From contig CDMY01000217.1 in the NCBI GenBank assembly GCA_001179505.1, positions 62,001-126,000 of the forward strand: a stretch of 64,000 nt of DNA, given 5' to 3'. This document shows positions 60,237 to 64,000 of the stretch, one piece after another. The translations under genes were made by a program, and so were the position numbers. This DNA comes from Vitrella brassicaformis CCMP3155 (lineage: Eukaryota; Protista; Chromerida). The notes under the pieces were generated by a model. It worked only from the letters and a program-made list of their open reading frames with translations, was not told the DNA's origin and ran no database searches. How positions within the stretch are numbered: the first letter of the stretch is position 1; each line of letters starts with the position of its first letter.

Positions 60237-61829
60237 TCAGCTCAGTGTGGTCGTCACCTTCCGGCTGCTGCGAGTGGTGCGGCTCTCCTCGACTGCTGGT
60301 GATGGTGGTGGCGGCGTCTGTGTGATGCCGCAAAGGCGCTCGAGGGCCTCGCTGAAGCCGTCTTGGTCGTTGCTGCTGACCAGGTGCTGTGCCACCGACC
60401 GGACAGACGCATGAGCATTGGCAGTGGCGACAGAGTGACCCGCCAACCTGAAAGCAATCCATCCATCCATCCATCCAACCATCCAGCAGCTGCTCTTCTG
60501 TCTCTGTGTGTGTCGTGAGCAATGGACGGCTCACGTGAGCATTTCCTTGTCGTTCTCGGCGTCGCCGAGGGCCAGCATGTGACGCAGGTCCATCTGTGCG
60601 GCAATTAACAACGGAGGCACTCATGACCGACCGACGCTTACGTACATGCAGCCAACAACACCAACTCACTCACTGACCGACCTGCATGTGCTCCATCAGC
60701 CGCCTCACACCGTCGCCCTTAGACGCACCTGCGCACACAAACACAACACATACACATGAACGCAGCCGTGGTCGGCCCCCATGCACCCACCTCACTCACT
60801 CACCCAGTGGCAGGATTTCCAGCATGGTGGGGAGTGCCTGTGTGATGGTGGCCTTGCCGGCCAGCCGACCCTCCACCCACCCCCGCAGCGCATCGATCCG
60901 CTCCGCCTCGTCGAGAATGATGAACTTGTTCACGAGCAGCTCGCCTTGCCCATTCCTCACACCCCTGGTCCCTGAGCTCTCACGACTGGTGTCACGACCT
61001 CTCAGCGCATCGGTGAGTGGCCCGATTGGGTGCGGCCGGGGCTCCTTGTAAGTGGCGAGCCGGTCGGTGTGGTGTGTCCGTTGCTCGCAGAGGATGGCGT
61101 CGCCGCTGTATGCCACAAACGAGGCCTCCAGGGAACGGCACATCTCGACGACCGACTCAGACGTCGCGGCGTCCATCGTCCGGGTAAAGACGAGATCGTT
61201 CGGCCCGTCAGGGCCGTACACCAACAGCCCCTGCACACACAAACAACACACGCCTTTGGATGACTTTGGGAATCCCTGTTTCGGCTCACTCACGGACTTA
61301 CGTTGAGATACACGCCAGGCGACCCCTCTCGCCTCAGTTCTTCACCGAGGACTTGACCCATGGCGTTGAAGGCCCCCGGCCGGCTCCTGCCTGTGGCCGG
61401 GAAGATGGCATATCCTCTCCGCATGGCCTCCCGATAAGCCCACACATTGGCTGGGGAGCACCCATGGCTGCTGTTCAGAAAAGTGCCATCGAAATCTGAC
61501 AAACAGGACACCCAATATCATAAATCCGTATGCCTGTGCTCCCGCACTCTGCGCCGTGCGAACAAACACGCACCTGTGGCTATGGCCCTGATCACCGAGG
61601 TGCCGCTGCTGTGGTCATTGAGAGAAGTGTTGTGGCGCCGCACGAGGGACGACAGGCGGCTGGCGGGGCGGCGGAGAGAGGCAGATGGAGGGCAGTCATG
61701 CCGGTGGGGGAAGGCTCGGATGGAGGATGGGATGAGTAGGGAGAGCAGTATCACCAGGAGGTGACGGGCGGCGAAGACAATGGAAGATGGCAGTGAGGCA
61801 GCTTCTGTGGCAGCTTTGTCCTGCTTCAT
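60237..61829 (-). CDS. Cof-type (HAD IIB) phosphatase with a bipartite plastid-targeting-like leader
   Basis: IRAIAT/DFDGTFL (motif I split by a phase-1 intron); ATGRS; PGVYLNGLLVY; MLEILPLG/ASKGDG; LALGDAENDKEML; VATANA; NDQDG. Confidence 0.92.
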
Positions 61830-62102
61830 TCTGTTGTGGAGATCTCTTCCCTCCGCAGGCTGAGCTCGCAGAAGCGATCGCTCTCCCCCCCTCCCTCCCT
61901 CCCTCCCTCCCTCCCTCCTTCCCTCCCTCTTTTTTCCCCCTCCCAAGGCCTCCACGCTACAAGTAAAAGCAAAAATCGGAAGAGATCCAGTCATCCCGAG
62001 TCATCTTTCATCTACGACAATCTCGTGGTGCCATCGTTTGCAGTGTACGCAGGACGTTGTTTCGGTGTCCATCAGCTTCTGTGAGGCGGTTGACGCGCAC
62101 AA

Positions 62103-62645
62103 ATGAACAAGGTGACGCGAGGCTGCACTTGAATTCACTCAGCCAAGGTCGCCGTGGCACGTGTGTTGTGTGATTGCAGGTTCCCAAAGGTTCGCTGCCT
62201 CCGCTGCCTAACGTCATTTATGTGACGGGCCTGCTCGAGCAGACGCACGAGCTGACCGAGAAGCTGCGCAGCTTCTTGACGCGCGGTGTGCGGGACGCCA
62301 AGCAGGCCCTGGAGACCAGGGACTACGACAAAGTGCAGACGTTGCTGGATGAGCTCAAAGACGGTCAGCCACCCACCCAGACAAACAAACACCACGCTCA
62401 CCTTGATGTGCTGCTATGTGCTGTGCTGTGTGTGTTGCGTGTGTGCGGTTGTAGGGATGCCAGAGAAGTGGCACCGATTGGTCCGGCAGGTAGAGATGGT
62501 GTCGCACGAGCTGGCCGAGCAGCGCAGCGGGAAGGGCTACCCCTCCGAGATGCCGCCCAAGGTGGAGGTGCCCATACCGGTCGGCGGGCGCAAGAAGATG
62601 CTCGGGTGGAAAGTGGGTCTGCCCAACCCAAAACCTGTTGAATGA
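62103..62645 (+). CDS. Hypothetical protein of ~126 aa, 3 exons
   Basis: MNK/VPKGSLPPLPNVIYVTGLLEQ...DELKD/GMPEKWHRLVRQVE...PNPKPVE*. Phases are consistent. Confidence 0.6.
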
Positions 62646-62985
62646 GCTGACCTGAGCCGGGTCAGTTGCTGCTGTGATGTGAGCGGTCTGTCACAGTGAT
62701 CTTGCGGATCTCTGCGTCAATGCACCTCAATGGGTCTGGGCATGAGATTTATCTTTCCGGGATTCATGTCAAGATTGACATTTCCCTCCCTTCCGCCAGC
62801 AAGTCGGTCATCAGGTGAATGACTGACTGACTGACTGAATGAATGGACGCCAATAGAATGGATGGACGTCTGCACTACTGACATTTCCTTGCGGCCCTCG
62901 CCTTCACACGTTACACACAAAGTCCTCTTCGTGCCTCTTGCGCCTAGGACATTGCGTGAAACCGCTCGTGAATCCAAATTGGCTG

Positions 62986-64000
62986 ATGAAGCGTGCTGCA
63001 GCCGCTGCGCCATCCAGCAGACGTGGCAAGGCGCCGCGCCGTGATAGTAGCCGGCCGGAGGTGTCATCAGCAGCTGCTGCTCGTGGTCCCTTCGACGCGG
63101 CTGAGTATCGTCCCGGCGGCAGCTTCGGCACATCGCAGCTTCGGTTTGGCACGTCAGGATACCACTTCGGTACGCTCTGCATGCATCGGCGCGGACACAC
63201 AAACAGACAACAAGGATGGACAGCGCACCCGGTCCGGCAGATCTACGGGCTTGATCATTGTGCTGCATGCGCTGGTGTGTGCAGAGCACTGGTGTGGGAC
63301 GTACTACCCCGACAATCTCAAGAAGAAGCCCAAAGAGCAGTTCAAATGGTGAGGCATTCTCTCTCTCTCGCTGGTGTGCGCCTGCACTGACCTGCCTCTC
63401 TTTGTGTATGCAAACAGGTATGCGGCCGAGTTCGATTGTGTGGAGATCAACGCCACCTTCTACACGATCCCTGAAGCCTCGCAGTGGCGCAACTGGAAGG
63501 TGTGGACGGGCTCACGGGCAGACACCGTGGCTGTGCTGGTGTGTGTCACCTGTCTGTCTGTCTGTCCGTCCGTCTGTCTGTCTGTCGTGCAGGCCTCTGC
63601 ACCCCGGGAGTCGTTCATGTACATCATCAAGGCCAACAAGGTCTGTCAATCGACTCACACAGAGACCGAGCCGACCTGACGCATACGTATGAGTGTGTGT
63701 GTTCTGCAGTACTTCACCCACCAGAAGAAGTTGATAGCCGACGAGGCCTTCACGGAGAGGTGGGAGACCTTCTACAGCCGCTGCCAGCTGCTGGGCGACC
63801 ACCTGGGGCCCATCCTGTTCCAACTGCCGCCCGCATTCAAGTGCAACGCCCAGCGACTTGCCGACCTGGCCACCGTTCTGCCCAAAGACGGTAGGCACGC
63901 GAGCTGCAGACACTTGACACACCCACACACACAATGACCTATGTCTGTGTGTGTGTTTGGTGTTTTGTGTGCAGGTCGTTTCGTGTTTGAGTTTCGCCAT
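62986..64000 (+). CDS. DUF72 (YecE/UPF0759-like) protein; 3' end beyond the window
   Basis: RFGTSGY; YYP; FDCVEINATFY.IP; YIIKANKYFTH; LGDHLGPILFQLPP.F; FVFEFRH. Confidence 0.9.

Overview
Eukaryotic, GC-rich, intron-dense draft DNA with six 300-N gaps. Microsatellite-filled introns, the TLDc expansion and the lineage-specific gene family all fit a chromerid alga such as Vitrella brassicaformis; this is an inference from style, not a database hit. Recognisable genes, all spliced by hand: the 3' end of a pyridine-nucleotide disulphide oxidoreductase, a BTB/POZ protein, a strawberry-notch (SBNO) helicase-like gene with a truncated duplicate, a SMYD-type SET methyltransferase, a PPR-like protein, an NSUN2/Trm4 tRNA m5C methyltransferase, a Cof-type HAD phosphatase with a plastid-like leader, and a DUF72 gene cut by the window end. 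Four things stand out. (1) Seven TLDc domains plus a relic, three of them behind phase-consistent signal-peptide exons, which implies secreted TLDc proteins amplified with a non-coding repeat cassette. (2) An apparently disabled adhesin-like gene built from bacterial-type modules (CSLREA-like, beta-helix, Myxococcus Cys-rich, Ig-like, RTX) joined by phase-1 introns. (3) Introns with a polarised 5'-(CA)n ... (TG)n-3' self-complementary layout. (4) A shuffled 24.5-38.9 kb region in which two junctions flank the same 18-bp motif. No rRNA, tRNA, CRISPR array or transposase was seen.
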